From a virus: a DNA stretch of 64,000 bases. The stretch is taken from IMG/VR virus record IMGVR_UViG_3300005337_000019, positions 18,991-82,990 of that record. One strand, 5' to 3'. Positions within the stretch are counted from its first letter, which is position 1. Each line of letters begins with the position of its first letter. Position numbers and translations under genes: made by a program. Of the stretch, positions 17,579-27,536 are shown one piece after another. Under the pieces are notes generated by a model. The model was not told the origin of the DNA. It saw only the letters and a program-made list of their open reading frames with translations, and did no database searches.

Positions 17579-18388
17579 ATGCAATACGACCGGCGCCTTT
17601 CACTGGACCTCGGCGAGCACGCGATCGCCATCTACGAGCTCTCCAACGGCTTCGACCGGTGGGCGAGGGAGCGCGGCTATGTCGGCGCCGACATCATCGA
17701 CCGCGGCGCGACGCAGATCGGGATCGCGTACTCACCTGAACGCATCACGATCGTGGCGCGTGGGTCGTCGCAGTTCGGCGACTGGGTGAACAACTTCACG
17801 CCGTTCCGCGCCCGGTGGATCACCCGCACGATCGCGAACGGGGTGCAGATGGCGCCGGGCCGCATCCATCTCGGGTTCCGGTTGCAGATCGAGCGCGCGG
17901 CGATCGAGCTTCTGGTCACGGTGCGCGAGCTCCGCAGCCGGTACCCGAACGCCGCAATCATGGTGACGGGTCATTCCCTCGGCGGCGCGCTCGCGACGCT
18001 CATTCGCGTGCTGCTCGAGCACGACGCGATCCCCGTCGCCGCCACCTACACCTTCGAATCCCCGCGCGTCGGGAACGGGGAATGGGCGCGCTGGTACGAC
18101 AGGAAGTACGGCTCCGACACCTTCCGCGTGGTCAACATCAACACGGGCGAGCAGGACATCGTCACCCGTGTGCCGCTGTCGTGCTTCGGATGGCGCCATG
18201 TCGGCGGGCCGGTCATCCTCTGCGAAGGGCGGGCGTACGAGTCCGAAAAGCTGTGGGAGGACCACCGCCGGCGAAACCCGGTCGGGATTCTCACGCACCT
18301 CCGCGTCGTGCGGCGCGCGTGGCTGAGCGTGGCGGCGCACCTCGGGCAGTCGCTGTTGCGCGAGTTGCGCCTGCAGGCGGGCGTGTAA
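17579..18388 (+). CDS. class 3 lipase family alpha/beta hydrolase
   Basis: IVARGS, IHLGF, VTGHSLGGALA nucleophile elbow, TFESPRVGN, DIVTRVP. Confidence 0.92.
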   Translation: MQYDRRLSLDLGEHAIAIYELSNGFDRWARERGYVGADIIDRGATQIGIAYSPERITIVARGSSQFGDWVNNFTPFRARWITRTIANGVQMAPGRIHLGFRLQIERAAIELLVTVRELRSRYPNAAIMVTGHSLGGALATLIRVLLEHDAIPVAATYTFESPRVGNGEWARWYDRKYGSDTFRVVNINTGEQDIVTRVPLSCFGWRHVGGPVILCEGRAYESEKLWEDHRRRNPVGILTHLRVVRRAWLSVAAHLGQSLLRELRLQAGV

Positions 18389-18448
18389 ACTGTTGAGCAC
18401 CAACGCGCCGGGCCTGCCCCGTCGTGATTCGTCCATCGGAGGTTTTTC

Positions 18449-19144
18449 ATGAGCTCCATCAACGTGATCCTGCCAGGTCAGGACCGCAAGATCGTCATGG
18501 TGTACATCCCGCCGGACGGCGAGCCGAAACCATGCTACGAGGATTACCTGGCCGAGGCGTATCGCGACGGCTACCGGCGGTATGAGGAGCCGAGCGCGGC
18601 GCCGGCGGCGGTGCCCGCTGGCATCGCACCGGAGGAGACGGCGTCCGACAAGGCGGAGCGCATCGAGCGTGAGTGGGACGAGCGCGAGATGAAGCTCGAG
18701 GAGCGCAGGATCGATCTCGGTCTTGCCGGCGTACCGAAGGCGGATTGTGCGACTTGCGGCGGCACCGGCCTCACGGCGGACCTCGCCGCGCCATGCGAGA
18801 CGTGCTACCCGTGGACGAAGCCCGACGACGCGCATGCCGATGCGGACGGGAAGGCGCAGGTCGACACCCCGCCGATCGGCGGCGACAACGGCAGCGCCAT
18901 CGTGGGCGCGCCGGAACCTTTCAGCGTGACGGTGACCGGAACCGGATACACCGAAGGTGCGGTCGTTCTGCCGACCACGGCGCCGGCAAGCTGCACCGAG
19001 AAGGACTGCAGCGGGCTTTGCGGAATCTGTCCGCCGCCGCGGAAGGTCACGGTGCGGCAAGGGCGCGAGCTCAATCGCAACCGCCGCGCACGCGGTCTTG
19101 ATCCTCTCCGGATCGTCGACGGCATCGTGAAAGGTCGTGAGTGA
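18449..19144 (+). CDS. hypothetical protein with CxxCxGxG...CxxC motifs
   Basis: GGAGG SD; CATCGGTG. Confidence 0.65.
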   Translation: MSSINVILPGQDRKIVMVYIPPDGEPKPCYEDYLAEAYRDGYRRYEEPSAAPAAVPAGIAPEETASDKAERIEREWDEREMKLEERRIDLGLAGVPKADCATCGGTGLTADLAAPCETCYPWTKPDDAHADADGKAQVDTPPIGGDNGSAIVGAPEPFSVTVTGTGYTEGAVVLPTTAPASCTEKDCSGLCGICPPPRKVTVRQGRELNRNRRARGLDPLRIVDGIVKGRE

Positions 19145-19632
19145 TGCCGGCTTACGACGACCTCGCCGAGAAGGCAATTCAGCGCATCACGGAAACGGCC
19201 GAAACGCAAAAGATTGCGGAGCACATGGCGCAGCAGATCGCGGATCACGTCGACACGCAGATTGCCGGTGTGCCGATCTCGTCACTGTGGCCGCGCCCCG
19301 ACTACGTCACCGGCGTCGACCTGGCGCGCGGCGCTGATCGCGGCCACATCCACCTCGTGAAGCCGTCTGAGCTCGGCGGCAGCCAAATGACCGCCGATCA
19401 GCAGCCGAATGACAGCCAAACGGCGGTCATGGACCGATGGAACCGCGATCCGGTAGCGTTCGCGCGCGACATCGGCCTCCACCTCGACCGGCGCGAGGAG
19501 AAGGCGTTGCGCGACGCCATGAAGGGCGAGACGCGTGGCGGCCGCCGTCACCGTCGCACGCTCGAGCGCGTGCGAGTGAAGATGGAAGCCGCGCTCCGCC
19601 GCATCGCCGTACAGAACGGGAGCGGGAAGTGA
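19144..19632 (+). CDS. hypothetical protein with a segment resembling a large-terminase N-terminus
   Basis: RWNRDPVAFARDIGLHLD. Confidence 0.55.
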   Translation: MPAYDDLAEKAIQRITETAETQKIAEHMAQQIADHVDTQIAGVPISSLWPRPDYVTGVDLARGADRGHIHLVKPSELGGSQMTADQQPNDSQTAVMDRWNRDPVAFARDIGLHLDRREEKALRDAMKGETRGGRRHRRTLERVRVKMEAALRRIAVQNGSGK

Positions 19633-20354
19633 CGGAACCGTTTCGGCCGATTCTCATCAAGCAATGCGACGTGACGATCGGTTACGCCGAGGGCTTGACG
19701 ATCGCGCCGGCGGAGAAGCCGAAGCCGGCGCCGCCGCTTACGGCCGGACCGCTGCGCGTCAGCGAAACGATGGATCTACAGTTCGCCGACATCCGGTTCT
19801 ACGAGGCGGCGCGGCGATCGTGCGCGTCGCGCATCACGGTTGATGTCGGCCCATACCTGGCGCTGCTGCGCAAGAACCTTCTGCGTCTCGCCGAGGAGAT
19901 CGTCTACGGCCGCAAGCTCGTGCCGTGGGAGCGAATGAAAATCGCGGAGCTCGAGCGCAGCTCGGCCATGGATTTCCTGCCGGCCGACGACCTCGAGGCT
20001 CTGCAAATCCTCGTCAAGGCGATTCACGCGCGGATCGGCGCGTCGCGCGCGCAGAACCGCCGCCGGCGAAAGGCTTCGCACCTGGAGACGCTGCGGCACA
20101 TGCGGCGGAACCCGAAGCACTTCATCGACCTGCGCTACTGCCACAAGGTGATCCGCGCGCGCTGCGGTGCGTGTCGCGCGCTGTACGCGACGGAGACCTT
20201 CATCAGCTTCCGTCTCACGAACGGCCGTCGCACTTACCTCGTCGAGCGGGAGGGGCTGCTCGAGTGCGGCCACGGCTCGATCTTCCTTTACCCCGTGGAG
20301 TGGGAACGCGATGGCCTCCCGATCGCAGCCGCAAGCCAAAGCCCGCGAGATTGA
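19629..20354 (+). CDS. hypothetical protein
   Basis: GTGA coupling; C-terminal CxxC...CGH. Confidence 0.55.
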   Translation: MTEPFRPILIKQCDVTIGYAEGLTIAPAEKPKPAPPLTAGPLRVSETMDLQFADIRFYEAARRSCASRITVDVGPYLALLRKNLLRLAEEIVYGRKLVPWERMKIAELERSSAMDFLPADDLEALQILVKAIHARIGASRAQNRRRRKASHLETLRHMRRNPKHFIDLRYCHKVIRARCGACRALYATETFISFRLTNGRRTYLVEREGLLECGHGSIFLYPVEWERDGLPIAAASQSPRD

Positions 20355-20674
20355 TCCGCAACGGCTGCGCGAGCTCATCGAGCACGTGCGCAAGCGGGCC
20401 TTCGAACGCATCGGTATCGATTTCGAGATCACCGACGCCCGCTACGGCGAACTACGTGCGCGATGCCGGGAGCGCCGCGGGACCTACATCGGTTACCGCG
20501 GGCACGGAGAGATATGGCACCTCACCGTCTGGCGTGGCGTCGTGCTCTACGTCATCTACAAGCGCCGCGAGGACGAGCTCGTGACGGTTGTCAGCGAGAC
20601 CATGTTTCAGGAAAACTGGGTGGCAACGTATCCCGGCGGCAAGGTCCGCCGCCGGCGATGAAGGGAGATCGTCC

Positions 20675-21166
20675 ATGAGCCTCATTCCGCTTTCCGATCC
20701 GGACATCGCCGTCATTCGGCGTCAGTACATCAAGGATCTTTACGTCCCGCCGGTGCCGAACGTGTCGGTCGCCGAGGCGTTGTCGCACTACAACGCCGCG
20801 AACCGGAAAAACTTCATCAGCGACGACGACCTCAAGGCGAAGGCGGTCAATGTCGGGCGGGCGTACCGCGAGGAAATCGGCGGCGTGTACGACGAGGAGA
20901 TGGGCAAGCAACTCGTCGGAGGCGCCGACGAAACCACCGCAGATACCGAAGCGATGGGGATGCAGAAAGACGCGTTCTTTCGTCTCATCCGCGCGAGCGT
21001 CCTCGAGGACATGATGATCGATCCCGGCTTCTGCGGATCGATCACCGACAACGACCAGCGCAGCGCGCTCTTCAAGACGTGGAAAGAGCAGATTCTCAAG
21101 GACCGGCAGTTCACGAAAAATCGCACGACGGCGCCGTTCCGGTCGATTGCGCTCGAGAGGTACTGA
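20675..21166 (+). CDS. putative head-tail adaptor / neck protein
   Basis: GGGAG SD; position before virion morphogenesis gene; no diagnostic motif. Confidence 0.45.
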   Translation: MSLIPLSDPDIAVIRRQYIKDLYVPPVPNVSVAEALSHYNAANRKNFISDDDLKAKAVNVGRAYREEIGGVYDEEMGKQLVGGADETTADTEAMGMQKDAFFRLIRASVLEDMMIDPGFCGSITDNDQRSALFKTWKEQILKDRQFTKNRTTAPFRSIALERY

Positions 21167-21168
21167 GC

Positions 21169-21501
21169 ATGTTCGCACACGTCATGGGTGTCACCGAGGG
21201 ACCCGAAGAAGAGATTCTTTCGGTCACGCTGGTGCATGAAGTGCCGCGCAAACCGACGCGAACGGAGCGAGTTGTCGATCGACTTCTGTTCTGGCGGCCG
21301 ACGCCGCGGCGCTTCGACCGCATCGAGTTGCACTTTCCGCATGTGGCCATGGCAAAGCTCGCGTATGGCGTCGCGGTCGATGGCACGATCACCTCGACGA
21401 TGACCTTTACCGCCACAGCGGACGAGAAGGTCAAAGCGCGTCTCCTACATCCGCCTGAGTCGTACGCCACTGTCGATCTGAAATCGTTTCTACGGAGCTG
21501 A
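21169..21501 (+). CDS. hypothetical protein resembling the C-terminal strands of tail tube proteins
   Basis: IELHFPHV...DGTITSTMTFTA. Confidence 0.45.
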   Translation: MFAHVMGVTEGPEEEILSVTLVHEVPRKPTRTERVVDRLLFWRPTPRRFDRIELHFPHVAMAKLAYGVAVDGTITSTMTFTATADEKVKARLLHPPESYATVDLKSFLRS

Positions 21502-21509
21502 CACACGCC

Positions 21510-21977
21510 ATGGCGCTCGGATTCGGAGGCAGCACCACGGGAAACGCAAGCATGGCGCTCACCGCGCTCGTGCAGCGCCTTTCCAACACGCGGCCGCTGG
21601 TCGAAAAGATGACCGAGCGGTCCGCGGCGTCGCAGCAAAAAAACATCGACGAATCGCACTCGCCTGCTGGCGATGCGTACCCGCCGCTCGCCGACTCGAC
21701 CAAGGCCGGGCGCGGGTTCGGGCATCCATACGGCGACCTCCCGCTCAAAGACTCGGGCGACATGTACGGATCGATCCAAGCTCACGCGGAGCTGCAGAGC
21801 GAGACGAGCGGATGGGCCGGTCCCGATGAGATGGTCGCGCCGTACTTTGCATATCAGAACCAGGGCGCGCCGCGCGCCGGCATTCCAGTTCGTCAATTCA
21901 TCGGCATCTCGGCGGACGACACGACCGGATGGCAGGATGATGTTCACCAGTTCGCCGCGCACGCGGTAGGAGGTTGA
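21510..21977 (+). CDS. phage virion morphogenesis / tail completion protein (Mu gpG-like)
   Basis: YPPLADST...LKDSGDMYGSI...YFAYQNQG...IPVRQFIGIS. Confidence 0.85.
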   Translation: MALGFGGSTTGNASMALTALVQRLSNTRPLVEKMTERSAASQQKNIDESHSPAGDAYPPLADSTKAGRGFGHPYGDLPLKDSGDMYGSIQAHAELQSETSGWAGPDEMVAPYFAYQNQGAPRAGIPVRQFIGISADDTTGWQDDVHQFAAHAVGG

Positions 21978-22492
21978 TCGTGCCCACATACCCGACGCCG
22001 AATCCGGAAGTGACGATCGTCAAGAACGGACTGCTCGCGCTTCTTCGCAACATCGCGTACCTCGACCCGACGCACGGCGGCACGCTGGAGGCGGTCAACG
22101 ATCCGAAGCTCGTGCTCGAGTGGAAGAGCTACACGCCGCCGACGATGGTGCTGGCGTTCGCCGGCGCCGTGCTTCGCGGGGACCCGACGACAAAGGCGCA
22201 GGATGCGGGCGTTTTCGAGGAGTGGTGGCACTGGTCGATATTCGTCATCGCCGGCAACTACGACATCACCGGTGCCGGCGTAGGCGATCTGTATCCTGGC
22301 GATCCCGGCGTCGAGGCCATGATCAGCGACGTGCGCGCGGCGACGTACGGGCGCACGGTGCTGCTGACGCCGCACATCGTCAAGGCGTTCCCCGCAAGCC
22401 CGTCGATCGCGCCCATGCCGCTCGATCGAGAGCGGGTGGTCTACCGCCTGGGCCTGCGCACGAATTGGCTCGTGAACACGCCGATTCCATGA
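21974..22492 (+). CDS. putative tail terminator protein
   Basis: AGGAGG SD; follows gpG-like gene; size and W-IFV pattern fit. Confidence 0.55.
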   Translation: MIVPTYPTPNPEVTIVKNGLLALLRNIAYLDPTHGGTLEAVNDPKLVLEWKSYTPPTMVLAFAGAVLRGDPTTKAQDAGVFEEWWHWSIFVIAGNYDITGAGVGDLYPGDPGVEAMISDVRAATYGRTVLLTPHIVKAFPASPSIAPMPLDRERVVYRLGLRTNWLVNTPIP

Positions 22493-22752
22493 GCGGGCCG
22501 ACGATCCGCGATTATCTCGACCACTTCATCGGTCGCACGGTCGTCGACATCACCTCGCATGATCCCGGCGTCGACGATCCCGAGACGGCGCACATCACGC
22601 TCATGTTCGACGATGGATCGCACATCAAGATTCCGCTCGGCGAGAGCGGGTTGCCGTGGGGCGTCACGAACGATTGCCTCGATCATGCCGGCTGCATCGC
22701 CGGCGAGGACCGTCCGCCCGATCCCGCGCTCCTCATTCGGGGCACGCCGTGA
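22489..22752 (+). CDS. hypothetical protein
   Basis: ATGA coupling. Confidence 0.55.
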   Translation: MSGPTIRDYLDHFIGRTVVDITSHDPGVDDPETAHITLMFDDGSHIKIPLGESGLPWGVTNDCLDHAGCIAGEDRPPDPALLIRGTP

Positions 22753-23183
22753 CGCACTCCCTCATCACGCACGAGCGGACGCCGTTCATCCTGGCCGATA
22801 CGTGGTGCGGGCCGCGGTTCCTCGGCCGCCGGCGGTGCTTCGCGTGTGGAGCTCGAGCACGGCGACGGCGCCGCGTCACGCTAATGCTCGTGAATCTCGC
22901 GACGCTGGACGTAGCACCCCCGTACATTCAGCCGCGGCGCTGGCCCGTCTGCTGGCGCTGCGCGCGCGAGCTGCGGTAGGATCACCCGGCCCGGTGTGAT
23001 GCTTCTCCGCGTGGCCATCGCAAGGTGGACCGTTTCGCGGGAGCACACCGGCGCTCTCTGCGCGCTGTGAATAATCCGGCGCATAAAATGCGCGCGAAAA
23101 GACAAAGTGCCAAGCATCAGACGTGGTAACCCATTGAGATGCAGCGGTTTCAGCGTATACCGGCCACGTCGATCTGCAGTGAA

Positions 23184-23426
23184 TCAATCCTCGACGGGCG
23201 TCGCCGATGCCTCGAGAGGCAGCATTCCGGTCTGCGGCGGCGGTGCCGCGGTGACATCCTCGACGTAGAGCTCAGGATTCGCGCAGTTGCGGTGACGCAC
23301 GCGGGCGCCATCGAAAAACCACTTATCATGTCGGCGGATGGGCTGTTCGCATGCGTAGCAGATGCGCACGGCCTTTCCAACAGGCCAGGGCTGATGACAG
23401 GTCGGGCAGCGGCGCGGTTCGCTCAT
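23184..23426 (-). CDS. small Zn-finger-like protein
   Basis: CPTC...CYAC...HRNC. Confidence 0.55.
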   Translation of the reverse strand: MSEPRRCPTCHQPWPVGKAVRICYACEQPIRRHDKWFFDGARVRHRNCANPELYVEDVTAAPPPQTGMLPLEASATPVED

Positions 23427-23428
23427 GA

Positions 23429-23611
23429 TCAGAACCACGGCAGCGACGAAGACACCGAGTAGACCTTCCCGCAGAAACACTGCGCCGTCATTTTGCCCAC
23501 GCGACCGACGCGCACGGTGATAACGCGCTTGCAGCGCGCGCAGCGAAATGACTTCTCGTCGTGGGGCTCGTCGACCGGAGGCTCATCGACGGTGCGGGTC
23601 GGCGCGCTCAT
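23429..23611 (-). CDS. small Zn-ribbon protein
   Basis: FRCARC...QCFCG; ATGA coupling. Confidence 0.55.
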   Translation of the reverse strand: MSAPTRTVDEPPVDEPHDEKSFRCARCKRVITVRVGRVGKMTAQCFCGKVYSVSSSLPWF

Positions 23612-23961
23612 TCGGCACCACGCACCACATCAATGATGGTTTCTGAGCGCCATTCCGACGTGCCGACCTTGCCGCTGTTACGGCGGAACGTGACCTCGTG
23701 GTGTCGCGCCGTCGTGCGCGCACCGCGAGACACGCTGACGATCGTGCGTTTCGTGGACGGCAGGTAGTCTCCAGGGCAAAGGTCGGCAACGCGAACGCTG
23801 ATCGTGCGCGCGCGCATCGCATTGCGCGTCTGCGCTTCGGCGGCCACGCGCTCTGCGGTCTCACGAGTGTTGAATGGCCCGTAGGTTGCGCCGGCGAGCA
23901 GGATGGTGATGCCGTAACGGGTTTCGGTGTATTGCGGCGTGTTGTCGTTCGTCGTTTCCAT
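23608..23961 (-). CDS. hypothetical protein, probably leaderless
   Basis: METTND start 6 nt after the -10 of class I cassette 4. Confidence 0.7.
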   Translation of the reverse strand: METTNDNTPQYTETRYGITILLAGATYGPFNTRETAERVAAEAQTRNAMRARTISVRVADLCPGDYLPSTKRTIVSVSRGARTTARHHEVTFRRNSGKVGTSEWRSETIIDVVRGAE

Positions 23962-23997
23962 GCTCACAATGTAATGCTTACCGGTGAGCATTGTCAA
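23962..23997 (-). promoter_or_regulatory. class I promoter-operator cassette, copy 4 (minus strand)
   Basis: reverse complement reads TTGACA-ATGCTCACCGGTAAGCAT-TACATT-GTGAGC-ATG. Confidence 0.85.
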
Positions 23998-24082
23998 GGG
24001 CGTGGTGTAGAATCTTTGCCAGTCGAGTCGAGACCACGCAGCACCTGCAGCACCACGTCACGTCAAGTACAGGAGGGAAGTC

Positions 24083-24685
24083 ATGGATAACACAGGACAG
24101 TCCGGCGATCAGACGCCGGCGACGACCGCCAACAACAGCAGCGGCGGTTCGGTCACATTCACCATTCCCGGCGCCGTCCAAACCGGCGCGCCCAACGCGA
24201 TCGCCGCGGGAAACCCCGGCAGCAGCAGCACTACGAGCGGCGCGCCGTCACGCGTCGTGCCGGCTGATTTCAGCACATATCAAGCGCGCGTTTTTGCGAT
24301 CCGCGAGTTGCGCGATTTCGTGCAGCACCTTGTCGGCGACATGCTGACGATCATCGATGCTTCGGTGATCAACCCGCAGCAAAATCGCGCGTTGAAATCA
24401 CTGTTCAAGCGCGCTGCGTGGGACGATCACTACACAAAGGCGCTGGAGTGGGCGGAGCGACAGATCGAGGTCGAGTATCGCGCGCTGGCCGCGTGGGATG
24501 AGTATCGCAACAGCCAGCGGGCGGCCACGAGCGCGAGCGAAGGCCCGTTCCCCGTCGCGCCGCAAACGTGGAAGGATGTCGACGAGTACCTGCGCCGCGC
24601 TCCGCTCGATACCTTCAACGTCTTCCCATTCAGCCGCACGCCAGGCCAGGAGCCCGTCGACGAGCGCGCAGCCGATCCTCGCTGA
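24083..24685 (+). CDS. hypothetical protein
   Basis: AGGAGG SD; LVGDMLTIIDASV...QNRALKSL helical domain. Confidence 0.75.
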   Translation: MDNTGQSGDQTPATTANNSSGGSVTFTIPGAVQTGAPNAIAAGNPGSSSTTSGAPSRVVPADFSTYQARVFAIRELRDFVQHLVGDMLTIIDASVINPQQNRALKSLFKRAAWDDHYTKALEWAERQIEVEYRALAAWDEYRNSQRAATSASEGPFPVAPQTWKDVDEYLRRAPLDTFNVFPFSRTPGQEPVDERAADPR

Positions 24686-24720
24686 GTCACATACCCGTCA
24701 CATAAAAACGACTCGACTAC

Positions 24721-24753
24721 AGGGCGCGGCGCGGAGCCGCGCCCTTCTCCTTT
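24721..24753. terminator. hairpin terminator between convergent genes
   Basis: AGGGCGCGGC-GCGGA-GCCGCGCCCT then TCTCCTTT. Confidence 0.6.
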
Positions 24754-25169
24754 CAACGAGTTACGCCGTCGTCGACCGTCGTCAGGTCCTGCCACGGGAT
24801 CGACCAGAGCTCCGAAAACTCATAGCGAACGTGTGCCGCTTCGGCTTCGGCGTCGAAGCACTCCGGGCACACGCTTCGATTGTCGCAGCCATCGCCGAGC
24901 ACCGCACGCCAGACCTCGCGCGCCACACGAAATCCGATCGTGCATCGCCGGTCGCACAACGCGCAAGTTGTCGTGATCGGGGCGGGAAGCGATGAGCACG
25001 TGCGATCCGATCCGAGCAGGATCATGTCGAGACGGCGCTCCATCTCGGCGTCGAATGGCTCGAGGAAGCCGGCGATCGCGTACAGCATGGAAGAGAGGCG
25101 GGTTCGGATGTTCTTCATGCCATCTGAAGACACGAACCCGCGAAGAAGGTGGCGAGGCGCGCGTCTCAT
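24753..25169 (-). CDS. hypothetical protein with two CxxC motifs
   Basis: TCALC...VCPECF. Confidence 0.5.
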   Translation of the reverse strand: MRRAPRHLLRGFVSSDGMKNIRTRLSSMLYAIAGFLEPFDAEMERRLDMILLGSDRTCSSLPAPITTTCALCDRRCTIGFRVAREVWRAVLGDGCDNRSVCPECFDAEAEAAHVRYEFSELWSIPWQDLTTVDDGVTR

Positions 25170-25207
25170 ACCAATTTCGTGAGCTCGCGAAAATGGTCCG
25201 AGGCGAA

Positions 25208-25223
25208 CGTTCCACGTGGAACA
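25208..25223. other. parS: chromosomal-type parS site
   Basis: CGTTCCACGTGGAACA, 15/16 match to TGTTCCACGTGGAACA; perfect 14-bp palindrome; intergenic. Confidence 0.7.
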
Positions 25224-25763
25224 CGCATCGGAAAGAACCCGATAACAATGGCATTCTTATCGGGTGGTCATCATGTTGACCACAAAGTCAACTTATTGAC
25301 CATTTCGGCGCGGATGTAAAGCGTCTCTTTACGTCTTTACATTCCGCCTTGCCTGAACCGCATCGACATACGCCGCCGGCGCGCCGCTCAGCCAGCACCA
25401 CGGCCTCGTCCACGTGTCTGTATGGTTCGTCGTCTTGTGCATCGGAAGGTGCGCCGATGGCAGCAGTCGCCGTCCGCACGCCGGGCAAGGCGTCCTGCGT
25501 GAGCGCGCTGCCGCGCGTCGTCTTCGCTGTTGCCGCCGGCCCATGGTGTTGATCGCATTGTAGCGACGGCACTTGCGAAGTCACCCCGCCTTTGTGCCAC
25601 TCTGATCGCGTCATTCGACGCTTCTGAACCTGACGGCAGGGCCGCTCCGGTTCACTGGGGGGCGTTGGAAAGTAACCGCCGAGAACCTTTCTGCATGGGG
25701 GTGCAGATCGGAACGAAGCGGCAAAACGGTCCAACAACTCATTTTCAGTGAAGGAGTCGCGCC

Positions 25764-27047
25764 ATGCTTCCTCCGGTCGCACAGGGAACCAGTGAGTCCC
25801 TGACCCTCGGCTTCGAAAACGGCTTCAAGACCATGCCCAACTCGCCGGTTCCCGGCGACAAGGTGCCGGTCACGAACCCGAATATTCGTCCCGAGCGAAA
25901 CAAGTTCACCTCCAACGCGCTGACCGGCTCTCCCGAGCCGCGTCCTGTCATCTTCGGCAAGATCGGCGTGTCCGGTTCGTTCGGTCTCGAGTGCAACCCC
26001 GCTTCCCTCATGCCCGTGTGCAAGGGGCTCTTCGGCGGGACGCGCACGAGCGGCGTCGCCGGCGTCTACGCCATCGAGTACTACCTCTCGACGATGCTGC
26101 CGATGTTCGTGCAGCAGAACCACACCGACATCAATCAGTTTCTCCTCTGGAACGGCATCTTCCTCGGCTCGACCACGTGGACGTTCGGCAGCGAAGGTCT
26201 GATGGAGGCCACCGTCAACGTGATGGGCGCGAAGGAAACCGTTTTCTCCGCGAACCAGGTCGACGGCACGATCACCGACCGCACCGGTTACGAGCCGTTC
26301 TCGTACCTCGCCGTCGTCGTCAAGAAAGCCGGCACCATCCTCGGCTACTCGCAGAGCGTCGAAATCACCATCGACCGCAAGCTCGGCAAGGCGATGGCCC
26401 AGGACCAGACGAACGAAGTCGCGCTCGTCTATTCGGAAGTCGCCGAGATCAGCGGCAAGATGACGGCGCTCTTCCCGGACGCCACGTTCCTCAACCTCGC
26501 GCTGGCCGGCAGCGAGACGAGCCTCGAGATTTTCCTCCCCTCGGTGAACGGCTACGGCATGTTCGTCGAGCTGCCGACCGTGAAGTTCCGCCCGCCCGCG
26601 GTCGTGACCAACGGCACCGGCGTCGTCACCCAGGAGCTCGAGTTCGACGCGTACGGCAAGTCCGGCGTCAGCAAGCTCCCCGGCCGCGTGCGCTCGTCGT
26701 ACTTCACCACCGCGACGCTGCCGACTCTCGACACGCTGACCCTCGTCATCGCCGTCGACGGCGGCGCCGATCAGACCGTGACGTTTGCCGCGCCGGCGGA
26801 CCTCGCCGCAGTCGTGACGCAGATCAACGCCGGAACGACCGGCCTGACCGCGAGCCTCGACAAGAACAACGACGACACCACCGGCGGCGTGATCCGCATC
26901 GAATCGGACACGAAGGGAACCGGCTCTTCGATCCTGGTCAAGTCCGCGTCGACCGCCGACGTGCTGCTCGGCATCGACAACGCGACGCACTCCGGTCTCG
27001 ACGGCAAATCGATCCTCGTCACTCTTCTCACGCCGCTCGCGGCGTAA
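25764..27047 (+). CDS. major tail (tube) protein with C-terminal appended domain
   Basis: AAGGAG SD; LTLGFENGF...GSFGLE...VELPTVKF; precedes chaperones and tape measure. Confidence 0.8.
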   Translation: MLPPVAQGTSESLTLGFENGFKTMPNSPVPGDKVPVTNPNIRPERNKFTSNALTGSPEPRPVIFGKIGVSGSFGLECNPASLMPVCKGLFGGTRTSGVAGVYAIEYYLSTMLPMFVQQNHTDINQFLLWNGIFLGSTTWTFGSEGLMEATVNVMGAKETVFSANQVDGTITDRTGYEPFSYLAVVVKKAGTILGYSQSVEITIDRKLGKAMAQDQTNEVALVYSEVAEISGKMTALFPDATFLNLALAGSETSLEIFLPSVNGYGMFVELPTVKFRPPAVVTNGTGVVTQELEFDAYGKSGVSKLPGRVRSSYFTTATLPTLDTLTLVIAVDGGADQTVTFAAPADLAAVVTQINAGTTGLTASLDKNNDDTTGGVIRIESDTKGTGSSILVKSASTADVLLGIDNATHSGLDGKSILVTLLTPLAA

Positions 27048-27116
27048 GGCGCCCCCGCGGGCGGCGCTCATGACGCCGCCCGCAAAAATTCAACAGAAGG
27101 AGCTGAACGAACCACC

Positions 27117-27536
27117 ATGGAAGTCACCAAAGCAATCCGCAGCACGCCCGGCCGCACGCGCACCGTCTATCCGCTCTCCGATCCCGCGAAGATCGCCGAG
27201 AAGTATCTCGATCCGAACTTCGCCGTGACCACGAAGGAGGAGAGCAACATCGCCTCCGCGCGCCGGTGGGACAAGTTCAAGTGGGACCCGTCGAACAAGA
27301 AGGACCCCCACTATTCCGAGAAGGCCATGAAGGTCGGCGAAGCGGCCGTCGAGGAGTTGCTCGTCGAAGTCGTCGGGCTGACCAACAACGGCGAGCCGAT
27401 CGACCTCGAGACGATCAAGCGCGACAGACTCCTCACCAACATTTCGGTCTACACGACCGACGACGAAGTGAAGTCGCTCTGGACGCTGACGCAGGATGCG
27501 ATCGACGAGCAGAAGAAGGAAGAAGCGGGAAACTAG
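27117..27536 (+). CDS. tail assembly chaperone (lambda gpG-like)
   Basis: between tube and tape measure; ends at slippery G-GGA-AAC-TAG. Confidence 0.8.
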   Translation: MEVTKAIRSTPGRTRTVYPLSDPAKIAEKYLDPNFAVTTKEESNIASARRWDKFKWDPSNKKDPHYSEKAMKVGEAAVEELLVEVVGLTNNGEPIDLETIKRDRLLTNISVYTTDDEVKSLWTLTQDAIDEQKKEEAGN

